A stretch of DNA of 64,000 nucleotides from Nitrosopumilus sp. (GCA_965206745.1 OZ242220.1:960001-1024000), one strand, 5' to 3'. Shown: positions 38,101 through 47,786, counted from the first letter of the stretch. The notes: a model not told the origin generated them from the sequence alone. A program made the numbers and translations.

Positions 38101-40104
38101 TGTCGTGTCACGTACTGACACTATCTGTGCATCTACTACAAAATTATCCGAGTCATCAGTTGCAATATATATCACCGCAGTCAGACCGAGTGGGAATGAA
38201 TCAGGGGCGTTATGAGTGATTGTGACATCAGCATCTGCAACATCAGTTGCACTGGCACTGCCGAGATTCACATCAGTTAACTGACCTGTAGCTTCTGCGA
38301 TGATATCATCTGGAATCACAATGGTTGGAACCACAGTATCCCTGACAGTGACTGTCTGGGTACCAATTACAGTCCTTGCCGCATCACCAGTTGCAGTCCA
38401 GGTTATGGTTGTAGTGCCAACGGGAAACGAGTCAGGTGCATCATTGGTGATAGATGGCAAATCAACATCATCTGAGACAGTCGCAGTGCCAAGTTCCACC
38501 ACAGTCAGGGGACCGGTTGCCTCAACTATAACATCAGGTGGCAACAACAGCATAGGATCTGGATAAGCAACTGTAACGGTCCCTACTGTCACCTGTCTGT
38601 TTAAGGATGCATCAATGGCAGTACAGGTGATGATGTGGGTACCAATGTCCAATGGCGAACCATTGCCTATAGACACGCCACTTCCCACAAGTCCGCCATA
38701 TAGCCTTTCACATGTGAGAAGTGGCAATCCGTTTGGATCGTTGTCAGTTACATAAACAAAATCAGCTCTCGTTCCCAAAGGACTTTCAGGTACAAGTTCG
38801 GTGTTAAATGTAATGACAGGAAATGTCTCATCAACGACATTCACAGAAAATCTTTCACGTGTAGTGGTGTCGCTGTCCCGATGCCTGACTTGGGCATCCA
38901 CATCAAAGGACTGGCCAATCATCGAATCATTAGGAAACCATCTAATAACACCTTTCTTTGTAAGCGTTATTCCGGAATCCTCTACGACCTGACCTAGTCT
39001 GGTGACATTGAGAATATTCCAATCATACAAATTCTCCACAGAGATGGTATCAACTATGCGGTGTTGCTGGAATGAGTCTGTTGGGAAATCAAAATCCAGT
39101 GGCCCATCAGGCAGATATTTGAACTCGACAGGACTTGTTTCAAAGCCATATATCAGGGATGTATATGCACCATGAACATCAGTGAGCACCATCTCCATAA
39201 AAGTCCCGACTCCGACTGAATCAGAACGTGGAATCCACATGAATGATCCATCATCAACACCACCAGTAACCACACCCTTTATGGGACGTGCCATACTCCA
39301 TGTTACATCATCGCCGTCAGGATCCGAACCGGTAAAATTAAATAATACGCGTTGGTTGACGTGGACTGAACCAATTATCGGAGGAAAGTGAGGATTGATT
39401 ATTGGCTCCCGGTTCCGGTTGTCTAGGGTTATAATGGCATGCTGGGGGTCGGATTCTCCCGTGCCATCATTGTATGACCAGCTAAACGTGAGTGTCAGTG
39501 GATCCTGTAAACCGATTATGGCATCATACGGAAATGTCTTTGAAAAGTCACCGGTGTTTGGATCAAGGGAGTCAATGATGTCACGCGATATGTCAGCAGT
39601 TATGATTCGATATTTTGGAACCGTCGAGGTGTGGTTAGTCACTGGGTCCGTCACAACAGTTGAGAGGCTCGGTATGGTTTGGTCCTCCTCAATGTTCACA
39701 TTGTATTTTTTGATTTCCACCAGATTGTGCATGAAAATACCACTTACAAACAGTTCAAAGTCTCTTGCAGCCAGACCATCCTGATGATTTTGTATGATCA
39801 CAATGACGGCACATGTCTTGTTTGTATCCTCTGCAGTTGGAGTCCATGTGAACAGTCCTGTACCATCAATGTCCTCCTCCACTATGGAGCAGTTATCACT
39901 TGATACACTCCAGATGTTATTCCCGCTATCATTCCCGCCGGCAGTAAACTGGAACGAGAACTCTTCCAAGGGCAAATGTGTCCGATCTGAGATTGAAAAG
40001 TCAGATGGGAACAGGATAGATTCATCATGATGATCTCCGGCAAACACGGGAGTCAGGGAAACGGACAGGACAAGGCACACAATGGTGATTAGGAAAATAT
40101 TCAT
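35113..40104 (-). CDS. Large secreted surface protein with cadherin/Ig-like N-terminus and about 16 HYR-like repeats; C-terminally truncated by a frameshift
   Basis: Signal peptide; NREP...DPDGD cadherin-like motif; ~77-aa repeats NDAPxSFPxGxTxVTW/YTATDxSGN. Confidence 0.88.
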   Translation of the reverse strand: MNIFLITIVCLVLSVSLTPVFAGDHHDESILFPSDFSISDRTHLPLEEFSFQFTAGGNDSGNNIWSVSSDNCSIVEEDIDGTGLFTWTPTAEDTNKTCAVIVIIQNHQDGLAARDFELFVSGIFMHNLVEIKKYNVNIEEDQTIPSLSTVVTDPVTNHTSTVPKYRIITADISRDIIDSLDPNTGDFSKTFPYDAIIGLQDPLTLTFSWSYNDGTGESDPQHAIITLDNRNREPIINPHFPPIIGSVHVNQRVLFNFTGSDPDGDDVTWSMARPIKGVVTGGVDDGSFMWIPRSDSVGVGTFMEMVLTDVHGAYTSLIYGFETSPVEFKYLPDGPLDFDFPTDSFQQHRIVDTISVENLYDWNILNVTRLGQVVEDSGITLTKKGVIRWFPNDSMIGQSFDVDAQVRHRDSDTTTRERFSVNVVDETFPVITFNTELVPESPLGTRADFVYVTDNDPNGLPLLTCERLYGGLVGSGVSIGNGSPLDIGTHIITCTAIDASLNRQVTVGTVTVAYPDPMLLLPPDVIVEATGPLTVVELGTATVSDDVDLPSITNDAPDSFPVGTTTITWTATGDAARTVIGTQTVTVRDTVVPTIVIPDDIIAEATGQLTDVNLGSASATDVADADVTITHNAPDSFPLGLTAVIYIATDDSDNFVVDAQIVSVRDTTKPVIIAPKDITFVSAGMLSMINLGTATATDIVDDALTITNNAPNSFPIGTTTITWTATDDSGNSATAIQTVTVKDSSVSVLILPSDVVAEATGPLTVVDIGTATATDSAGSITATNNAPDAFPIGITTVTWTATDSSEHILTGIQTVTVRDTVVPTIVIPDDIIAEALSSMTGLDIGSVTATDTVDSDVAITNDAPESFPLGLTVVTYVATDDSGNSATATQRITVQDTTKPVIVAPEDLILEAVGLLSMIQLDTPTATDTVDSNVAITNDAPNSFPIGTTTITWTATDDSGNFATATQNVLVQDTTDPVLILQSYIIAEATGPLTVVDIGTATVTDNTIFINATNDAPASFPLGNTTVTWTARDYSGNVITAVQIVIVGDMTNPTIDVPDNILVEATGQLTGVNLGTAAATDIVDSNVAITNDAPDSFPVGNTLVTWTARDASQNTVTATQTITVRDTTDPSLLIPDDVVVEATGQLTGVNLGTAAATDLADPSVMITNDSPDSFPVGLSIVVYLAIDDSKNFVVGIQRVTVQDTVAPTIIPPEDLILEAVGLLSMIQLDTPTATDTVDSNVAITNDAPNSFPIGTTTITWTATDDSGNFATATQNVLVQDTTDPVLILQSYIIAEATGPLTVVDIGTATVTDNTIFINATNDAPASFPLGNTTVTWTARDYSGNVVNATQTVIVRDTTNPTITSPNSIVIEATGQLTDVNLGVITATDVVDSDVAITNDAPESFPLGLTVVTYVATDDSGNSVTAMQKVTIQDTIKPVIVAPEDLILEAVGLLSMIQLDTPTATDTVDSNVAITNDAPNLFPIGTTTITWTATDDSGNFATATQNVLVQDTTDPVLYIRTHVIVEATGPLTVVDLGSFIALDNIDSITATNDAPDLFSVGNTIVTWTAMDNSGNMVIATQLITIEDTIDPTIMIPDNIVAEATGQLTDVNLGIATATDIADPDVTITHNAPESFPLGLTIVTYVATDDSGNSVTARQKVTIQE
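35550..37561. repeat. Near-identical internal DNA repeats in the HYR gene (offsets 690, 921 and 1611 bp)
   Basis: atggaaagcagtccgactgcctcaaggatgagatc at 35741, 36431 and 37352. Confidence 0.92.
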
Positions 40105-40505
40105 ACGATATTGAGTAACCAGACATAATAAAAAATAGTGGTTTTTTACACCATAAGATCAGAATTAATCAGGCATGATATCTGCCAATTTCACAGCGCC
40201 TGGCAGAACTAAAGTTCCGATTGTGATGCAATCATGCAAAAAATTGAATATGTGCCTTGATCCTTTGAGAAATCTTATTGGCCCCTGATTTGTAGCATGA
40301 CCTGTCTGGGTCATCTTTGGATCTCCAGTCTGACAAAATTAATGAAGGGAGATCCTCCAAGACAGTAAGATTGAGAACCACCCCAAAACATCTAGTTAGG
40401 CATTACAGAACAAGATCAGACAAAATACAGAAATGCTTTCTGATTTTGCAAACTCTGGGAATCAGGATTTATAGAGTCATCTGCCATACTTTCAGATTCG
40501 GCAGG

Positions 40506-42484
40506 CTATGGTGGATTAACTGTAACGTAAAAGTGGCCTACTACAAAGTTATCGTTTATATCAATTGCACCACATGTGACTGGCGTACGACCTGAAAAGA
40601 ATGCATAATAGAACGGATAATCGCACAATACGGTTACTGGAAAAATTTCTGTGACAGTAGGATTTTCAAAATTCACAACAAAGCGATTTGCAGATGTTAC
40701 AACCACATCATCTGGAAAGGTGTCAAAGACTGGCTTTGTCGTATCCTCAACTGTAACACTTTGGGTATCACTGGCAATATTTTCAGAACGGGCACTAGCA
40801 GTCCAAGTCACAACAGTATTGCCTAGTGGGAATGAGTCAGGTGCATTGTTAGTTATGGTGACAGAATCAGCACCGCCTGTAACGATGGCATTTCCTATAT
40901 CTACCACAGTTAGCACGTCAGTAGCTTCTACTATAATATCAGACGGCAAGATCAGATTTAGATGCGCGGCACCAAAACAGTCCCAGTCAGCACGGTTTTA
41001 TTTGATGCCCGATCAGTGGCAGTACAGGTAATTGTATTAGAGCCAAACAGCAGCAGGTCACCGTTTGTTATGGAAGAACCATCTTCTCTGATACATACAA
41101 CAGCAGGCTCTGCATTTGGGTTGTTATCTGTTACTTGAACAAAGTCAGCTCTAGTTCCCGTGGAACTATCTGATGCCAGCGGAGTAATAAACGAAATTAC
41201 CGGTTTTGCATTATCAAAAACGTGTACATTCAAAGGCGCCAGTACCGCCCTGTAATATATGCTTTCTGACGCCTTGACATTTACTATAAATGATTCACCG
41301 ATTAGGGCATGTGGGGGGTTCCAAGTCAGGTAACCTCTATTTGAAATTGTTATGCCGGGATTTTCAATCACGTCATTGGACTGCAAGACACTGAGAATCT
41401 CCCAATCTAAATTGTTTGGATTAGTAGATGGAGATAGAGGGTGTGCGGTGGATTGGCCAGATGGGAGACTAACGGGTGTAATATGAAGTTGGAGCCACGG
41501 GATGTCAACATCTGTTATATGAAATACGCGAACTAGGGGTTGGGATTGTGCTCCATTAATGTCAGTTAGTAAAAATTCAAACGGGATGCTGGTATCGATA
41601 TGGTCACGTGTTGGAGAAAAGAAGAATATCCCAGTGTCCACATCAATCTCTGCACCATCAACTGGAGATGCTATGCTCCAGAGTACGACATCCCCATCAG
41701 GATCCGAACCTGTCAAACCAAGTGTTGCAGATTGAATTATAGAAAGTCTTATGGCAGGCGCATTAAAATGAATTGGATCTATTACAGGAGCTCTGTTCTC
41801 GGGATTTACAGTTATTATAGCATCCTGGGGCTCTGACTCTTCAACATCATCATCATATGTCCAAGTAAACGTAAAGGTTGAAGAATTTTGTGAGCCAGTC
41901 ACCGTATCAGATGGGAAAGAGGCTGAGAATTCACCCGTGCTTGCATCCAGGGAATCCATCACACTCTGAGGCAGATTGCCAGATGTGATGCGGTATGTGG
42001 GTGTAATTGCAGATTGACTATCAGCAGGGTTTGTCACTACGGTAGAAAGACTTGGAATCTCTTGATTCTCTTTTACATCTACATTGTATTCTGTAATGAC
42101 TGCCACATCATTCATGGGGGCGGCATTTACAACCAGAGCAAAGGTTCTTGCTGATAAATTAGTTTGATCAGCTAGTAGAATTATATTAATCGTACATGTT
42201 TTGTCCATATCCACACTGGTCGGCACCCATGTAAACAGTCCAGTACCATCAATGGCATCTGAACCCAATGCACAGTTCGGACTTATGGCAGCCCAAATAT
42301 TGTCAAGAGGATCGCCGATGTCAGTGGTAAATTGAAATGAAAATTCTTCAGATACAGAGCCAATTCTGTCTGATTCTGTAAATTGGGGCGGATATATTAT
42401 ATGAAAAGGACCTTGGGCAAAAGCAGGAATTGTGACAATGGAGAAGACGAGGCCGATTGCAACTAACAGGGTTACATTTGCCAC
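40506..42484 (-). pseudogene. Frameshifted paralogous cadherin/HYR surface protein (ORFs 40958-42484 and 40506-40949)
   Basis: Colinear with the N-terminal third of the 1663-aa protein; frame changes at about 40965 (gtg ccg cgc atc taa versus cat cta aat ctg atc ttg ccg tct gat). Confidence 0.8.
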
Positions 42485-42565
42485 TATTGTCTCTTAAATC
42501 ATGGATATATAACATATGCGTGTGAGATCACATACTAAATTAGTGTACTGTGCAAATAGCACATC

Positions 42566-42588
42566 ATCCCAAATGCGCAAAAAATCTA
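42566..42588. repeat. Right copy of the imperfect direct repeat bounding the HYR island
   Basis: atcccaaatgcgcaaaaaatcta. Confidence 0.4.
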
Positions 42589-42652
42589 ATCAAGAAAGCA
42601 TCTAAAAGCATCATAATGCTTATAGCCGGTTAAAATTTCACAAAAAAACAAG

Positions 42653-42853
42653 TTGAAGGCACTGATGTTTCTAGTAATTGCAATCTTTGTCATTGTCGGC
42701 GTATATGTAGGATATCATGCGTCTCAGGATGCAGAAGAAAAGGCAAAGGAACACAATGTAACTGTTGAATTAGAAATATTGCAGAGTACAGGGTTGGCAC
42801 AAATTTATCAGGATTGGAGAGACACCCCTTTGTCAAAGCAGGATTTGTACTAA
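42653..42853 (+). CDS. Small membrane-anchored hypothetical protein
   Basis: N-terminal TM helix, TTG start. Confidence 0.6.
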   Translation: MKALMFLVIAIFVIVGVYVGYHASQDAEEKAKEHNVTVELEILQSTGLAQIYQDWRDTPLSKQDLY

Positions 42854-42868
42854 GATGTTGTTTGTAAA

Positions 42869-43078
42869 ATGACACTCTCAGATAAAGAAAAGATCATAGC
42901 AGTAATTTCCAATGGAATTGCAGTGTTCTCGCTGCTACAAGAACGAGACGAGCTGCCAAAAAATACTACAATGTATGATTTTGTACTGGGGATAATCCCC
43001 AAGGATATTAGGTCAGAACTCAGCGTGGAGCTAATAGATGAGGTATTTGAGTATGTCACATCCGCACATAGTTCATAA
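42869..43078 (+). CDS. Hypothetical protein
   Basis: 69-aa ORF directly upstream of purP. Confidence 0.75.
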   Translation: MTLSDKEKIIAVISNGIAVFSLLQERDELPKNTTMYDFVLGIIPKDIRSELSVELIDEVFEYVTSAHSS

Positions 43079-43102
43079 AGTACATGGCAACTAGACATCA
43101 TA

Positions 43103-44128
43103 ATGACATCAATTGCAACCCTGGGATCCCACTGCTCACTGCAGGTTCTAAAGGGGGCAAAGGACGAGGGACTAAAGACCATTCTGGTGTGTGAGAAAAA
43201 GCGCGAAAAACTGTACAGGCGATTCCCATTCATTGACGAGATGATAATGGTTGATTCGTTCAAAGAGGTTCTTGATCAGAGATGCCAGAGGATCCTTGAG
43301 GAAAACAAAGCAGTACTAATCCCACACGGAACGCTAGTTGCACAGATGAGTCCGGATGAGATCGAGTCAATCAAGACCCCTGTCTTTGGCAACAAGTGGA
43401 TTCTAAGATGGGAGGCAGACAGAGACATGAAGGAGAGGCTCATGAGGGAGGCAGACCTGCCGATGCCAAAGCCGGTTGCAGAGCCAAAGGAGATTGACAG
43501 CCTGGTCATTGTAAAAAGGCAGGGAGCAGCAGGTGGAAAGGGCTACTTTATGGCAGCAAACGAGGATGACTATAATTCAAAGAGGGAGCAGTTGATCTCA
43601 GAAGGCGTAATTTCCAGAGACGAGACACTGTACATTCAAGAGTATGCGGCAGGCGTTTTGGCATATCTGACATTCTTTTATTCGCCGCTAAGTGGGGATG
43701 TAGAGTTCTTTGGGGTTGACCAAAGGCACGAATCGGACATTGAAGGCATGGGTAGGATTCCCGCACAAGAGCAGCTAAAATCATGCAAGGTTCCATCCTT
43801 TAACGTCATTGGGAATAGTCCCCTTGTCTTGCGAGAGTCGCTATTAGATGAGGTGTATTCCATGGGCGAGAGTTTCGTGCAAGCTGCAAAGCGAATGGTT
43901 GCACCAGGAATGAACGGCCCGTTTTGTATAGAGGGGGTCTATGATGAGAATGCAAGGTTTACGTCTTTTGAGTTTTCGGCAAGAATAGTTGCAGGGTCCA
44001 ACATCTACATGGACGGTTCCCCCTACTACTCACTGCTATTCAATGAGACGATGAGCATGGGCAAGAGGATTGCAAGGGAAGTGAGGACTGCCGCAGAGTC
44101 AGGCAAGCTAGACCAAGTCACTACCTAG
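43103..44128 (+). CDS. purP: PurP-family formate--AICAR ligase (ATP-grasp)
   Basis: ATLGSHCSLQ, PHG, GGKGYF, LRESLL, FEFSARIVAG. Confidence 0.9.
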   Translation: MTSIATLGSHCSLQVLKGAKDEGLKTILVCEKKREKLYRRFPFIDEMIMVDSFKEVLDQRCQRILEENKAVLIPHGTLVAQMSPDEIESIKTPVFGNKWILRWEADRDMKERLMREADLPMPKPVAEPKEIDSLVIVKRQGAAGGKGYFMAANEDDYNSKREQLISEGVISRDETLYIQEYAAGVLAYLTFFYSPLSGDVEFFGVDQRHESDIEGMGRIPAQEQLKSCKVPSFNVIGNSPLVLRESLLDEVYSMGESFVQAAKRMVAPGMNGPFCIEGVYDENARFTSFEFSARIVAGSNIYMDGSPYYSLLFNETMSMGKRIAREVRTAAESGKLDQVTT

Positions 44129-44921
44129 TGACTTTTTTTACAACTGCCTCCATTCCGTGCTGGGATTTGACAATGTACTTGTCCCGGATTTTGACACTGG
44201 CCCAGTCAATAAACAGCACAGTCACCAGCACTATGAGCATGAATACTGCGGCTTTTCCATACTCGAAGAATTTGATATAGTTGATGATGTAAAATCCAAT
44301 TCCGCCTGCACCCACCAATCCCAAAATGCTGGTCTGGCGCACATTGTAGTCAAACATGTATAGTATCTGGCTTAGCAAGTGGGATGCAGACTCTGGAATC
44401 ACCACATACCGGATCAGCTGCCATTTTGAGACGCCTATTGAGCTTACCGCATCCATGGGATCAGAGTCAACTGTCTCAATTGCCTCATACTGCAGCTTTG
44501 CCACAAATCCCACAGTATACATCACGATTGCCAGGACGCCTGCAAACGTTCCAAGGCCTACCATGATTACAAACAGGATTGCCCACAAAATCGAGGGAAA
44601 GGTTCGAATCGCTGCAAGCAGCGCACGGATGGGGGCATAGACATACTTGCTATTGAGGTTTCTTGCGGCAAGCATGCTGAGGGGAAGTGCGATTGCAGTG
44701 CCCACCACGGTTCCGATAAATGCCATCTGAATTGTTTCAAACATGGCCCAGAGTGCCGTAGGGACATATTTTGGTTCGACTAGCAGCATCTCCTCGACTA
44801 TGACTGCAAGGTTTGGCAGGCCTTCGGCAAACTCCAAGGGATTGGCATCCACGTTGTATGAGGCAACGACGACAAGTGCGATGATGATTCCAATTACGAT
44901 GTTATTTTTTGGAGTCATCAT
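44121..44921 (-). CDS. phnE: Phosphonate/phosphite ABC transporter permease
   Basis: ETIQMAFIGT, VGLG, NVRQTSILGLVGAGGIG. Confidence 0.92.
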   Translation of the reverse strand: MMTPKNNIVIGIIIALVVVASYNVDANPLEFAEGLPNLAVIVEEMLLVEPKYVPTALWAMFETIQMAFIGTVVGTAIALPLSMLAARNLNSKYVYAPIRALLAAIRTFPSILWAILFVIMVGLGTFAGVLAIVMYTVGFVAKLQYEAIETVDSDPMDAVSSIGVSKWQLIRYVVIPESASHLLSQILYMFDYNVRQTSILGLVGAGGIGFYIINYIKFFEYGKAAVFMLIVLVTVLFIDWASVKIRDKYIVKSQHGMEAVVKKVTR

Positions 44922-45717
44922 ACATCCCCATTATCTCATCTGTAGTCATGTCTCCCGTCTGAAAGTCAACGATGGTGTCCCCCTCCACGCCAATCTCCAG
45001 GACCTTGCAGCCCTCCTTGATGACTGCCACCCTGTTTGCGTACTCTAGTGCCAGCTGCATATCATGGTGTACCATGATTGCAGTCAGGTTCATTCTCTTC
45101 TGTGCATCTGCGACCAGATTCATGATTTCACGTGCAGTGACAGAGTCAAGCTCTGAGACAATCTCGTCTGCTAGCAGGATTGTAGGTTTCTGCATTAGCG
45201 CCCTTGCGATGGCGACTCGGCGCTTTTCACCGCCACTTAGCATGTATGCCTTTCTCTGCTCTTTTCCAGACAGTCCCACAAGTGAGATTATCCTCTCTGC
45301 CTCCCGTATTTCCCGCTCCGGGAACCTTTTGAGCAGCGACTGGACTCTGTTCAATCTTGGTAGGGCACCAATTAGGACATTCTCAAGCACCGTGATGTTT
45401 TTTATCAGTCCGAGGCTCTGGGGGATGTACCCTATGGTGTGCATCATTTTTTTAAACTTTTTATCAGTCATGTCCGGTGTGACATAGTCAACCTTGATTG
45501 TTCCGCTGCTTGGGATCATCATCCCGTTTAGCAGTCTTAGCAGTGTAGACTTGCCAGAACCGGACTGGCCTACAATGGCATAGTTTGTGCCCCTCTCAAT
45601 TGATAGGTTGACCCCCTCTAGCGCAAAACTTTTTGAATCATACGATGTCCAGACATCACTCATCTGGATAACCTTGGTTGTGGTAATTGATGAACGATTC
45701 ATCTGAATTTGCTCCAT
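44902..45717 (-). CDS. phnC: Phosphonate/phosphite ABC transporter ATPase
   Basis: GQSGSGKST, LSGGEKRRVAIARAL, LADE; start uncertain (could be 45765). Confidence 0.9.
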   Translation of the reverse strand: MEQIQMNRSSITTTKVIQMSDVWTSYDSKSFALEGVNLSIERGTNYAIVGQSGSGKSTLLRLLNGMMIPSSGTIKVDYVTPDMTDKKFKKMMHTIGYIPQSLGLIKNITVLENVLIGALPRLNRVQSLLKRFPEREIREAERIISLVGLSGKEQRKAYMLSGGEKRRVAIARALMQKPTILLADEIVSELDSVTAREIMNLVADAQKRMNLTAIMVHHDMQLALEYANRVAVIKEGCKVLEIGVEGDTIVDFQTGDMTTDEIMGMYDDSKK

Positions 45718-45733
45718 CTCCGGAAACCCTGTG

Positions 45734-46813
45734 TTACTTGCCCTTCTCATAGTTTGACTTGTCAAGGATCAGCTGGTCAAGTCCCGTCAGGGTATCAATA
45801 TAGTCGCCAAACTGGCCAATATGCAGGGCAGTAGTGGTTGGAACTAGGGCCTCTGCACCGTACAGATTCCTCAAGATGTGGTTATCCTCATCATAGTTGA
45901 GCTGGATTAGCGCATCAACTAGCGCCTTTTTGGTAGAGTCAGACATTGCAGAGCTTACCATGAATGCGTGTGATGGTACAGGGCCAATGGTGGTGACAGG
46001 GCGCAGCTTTGTCTGGTCTTCTGGTTTGAGGTACTTTTGCGGGGCAATGTCCGAACCAAATGCGACATCCACATTTTCATTTAAAAGCAGTTCCAATGCG
46101 GCCTTGTAGCCTCCTGCAAAAGTATAGCTCTCAAAGTTCTCTGCCAGTGCAGACTCTAGTGCGACGATATCATCACCGTTAATTGTGACATGTCCGTCAG
46201 TGACCAGTGTTCCCATCGGCCTGACAAATCCCGAGGAGCCAGTTATGCTGGTAAATGCCACTTTTTTGCCTACTGCATCCTCCAGCGTATGGATGGAGTC
46301 ATTATCAGCCAGTGTCCAAACAGTTGCCTGATAGTTTACCTTGCCTGCAACAAGCTCGGCCATTACTACCTCTGCACCTGTTCTTTGGTGGGTAATCCAT
46401 GCGGGACCTGTATCCATAAAGGCAGCATCAATGTGACCGAACCTCATCCCCTCAATGATGGTCTCATAGTTTGTCGGGATTACAATCTCAACGTCTGTGC
46501 CAAGTTTGGATTCCAGGAACGCTTTGAGTGCCTGTGCTTTGGGGGTCAGCTCGTCTGCTTTCTCAACTGGGATAAATCCGATGGTCAGTGCATCGGCGGC
46601 ATCTGCTGGTGAAACGTCGATGATTCTGTTTTCGAGCAGAAACCTAATCCCGTCCAGAAAGGTCTTATCATCGATTGTGCCGTCTGCCCACCAGCCAGCA
46701 TTTGCCTTAATCCACTGTGGGATTGGGCTCTCTGCCTGTACGCTTGTCGGAAGTAGGAATATGCCAACTGCCGCAGATACGGCAATCAGTGTAAATGCAA
46801 TATGTGGTTTCAT
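45734..46813 (-). CDS. phnD: Phosphate/phosphite/phosphonate-binding protein with N-terminal thaumarchaeal IPxWIKxNAGWW domain
   Basis: GFIPVE, YETIIEGMRFGHID, SSGFVRP; operon with phnCE. Confidence 0.9.
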   Translation of the reverse strand: MKPHIAFTLIAVSAAVGIFLLPTSVQAESPIPQWIKANAGWWADGTIDDKTFLDGIRFLLENRIIDVSPADAADALTIGFIPVEKADELTPKAQALKAFLESKLGTDVEIVIPTNYETIIEGMRFGHIDAAFMDTGPAWITHQRTGAEVVMAELVAGKVNYQATVWTLADNDSIHTLEDAVGKKVAFTSITGSSGFVRPMGTLVTDGHVTINGDDIVALESALAENFESYTFAGGYKAALELLLNENVDVAFGSDIAPQKYLKPEDQTKLRPVTTIGPVPSHAFMVSSAMSDSTKKALVDALIQLNYDEDNHILRNLYGAEALVPTTTALHIGQFGDYIDTLTGLDQLILDKSNYEKGK

Positions 46814-46870
46814 GGGATATACTAAATTAGGATAAGCTAAGTTATTTAAATCAGGATTTGGTTCTACAGT

Positions 46871-46894
46871 CTCATTCCAAGTTTATAGAATGAG
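46871..46894. promoter_or_regulatory. Palindromic candidate operator upstream of the phnD TATA box
   Basis: CTCATTC-N10-GAATGAG; minus-strand TTTAAATAA at 46842-46850. Confidence 0.55.
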
Positions 46895-47097
46895 GAATAT
46901 TGACAGATGCGGGCATTTTGGATCTTTTCCCTGATATGTGATATTGTGACAACGCAGATGCCCTGCCTTTGAAGGTGTCATCTGGCAATTCCTGTAAAGG
47001 CATCTACGTGGCCTGTCAGGGGATTGTCACAGTACAGCAAAGTCTTTCTGCAGGTTTCTCTGATAAATGGCAGTCTCTGATTGTAGTGTTAGAATAT

Positions 47098-47448
47098 TTA
47101 GGATATGTATTTCGGGTTTGTTGTGTTTGAATACAGGTTTAAGCTAGGCTCCATCTCATCTAGGGTGATCTCGACTCTGCCAATCCTGCTCCGATAAAGC
47201 TTGATCTTTTTACCCTCAGAGGATATGACATACCGGTCCACTTCGGCAAGGGCAAGGACCTCCAAGGTGGACAGTGTTTTGTATACAGTTGAGAGGGATA
47301 GCTTTAGTTCGTCTGCAATCTGAGTCGCGTCCTTTGATTCGTTTTTTACCGAGAAGAGCACGGATCTGGTGCATACGTTGGTAAGGGACTCTATGATTTT
47401 TTGGGTAATGTCAAATTCGGATAGTTGGATGATGGTGGGCTTTTGCAT
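47098..47448 (-). CDS. ArsR-like winged-HTH regulator
   Basis: ATQIADELKLSLSTVYKTLSTL...GKKIKLYRS. Confidence 0.88.
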   Translation of the reverse strand: MQKPTIIQLSEFDITQKIIESLTNVCTRSVLFSVKNESKDATQIADELKLSLSTVYKTLSTLEVLALAEVDRYVISSEGKKIKLYRSRIGRVEITLDEMEPSLNLYSNTTNPKYIS

Positions 47449-47456
47449 GGTATCAC

Positions 47457-47786
47457 CTAGTTTGGAATCAAGGTCAGTACCGGTTCTGGCTTTCTAATCG
47501 AGATGTCAGCCTTGCTGATTCGACTTCGGTATACCTTGTACTTTCTTCCTTTATCAGAGAGCATCCATTTCTCAACCTCGATGAGCGTTAGTTCCTCGAG
47601 ATCTGCCAGTTTCTTGTACACGGAACTGAGAGGGATTTTTAGTTTGTATGACAGATCTGTTGCAGTATTTCCCTTCTTGATGATTGAAAATAAGATTGCG
47701 CGTGATTCAGAGTCGGCTAGTGCCTCAATCACCTTTTGGGTGATGTCGTATTTTTTTAGCTGTGGCAGGGTTAGCTTGCGTGACAT
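47457..47786 (-). CDS. ArsR-like winged-HTH regulator
   Basis: ATDLSYKLKIPLSSVYKKLADL...GRKYKVYRS. Confidence 0.88.
   Translation of the reverse strand: MSRKLTLPQLKKYDITQKVIEALADSESRAILFSIIKKGNTATDLSYKLKIPLSSVYKKLADLEELTLIEVEKWMLSDKGRKYKVYRSRISKADISIRKPEPVLTLIPN

Noticed and set aside
35330-40030. Many + strand ORFs (e.g. 37352-38215, 287 aa)
   Set aside because: Antisense shadows of the repetitive HYR gene; the same applies to antisense ORFs over the S-layer, ilvD, gat and phn genes
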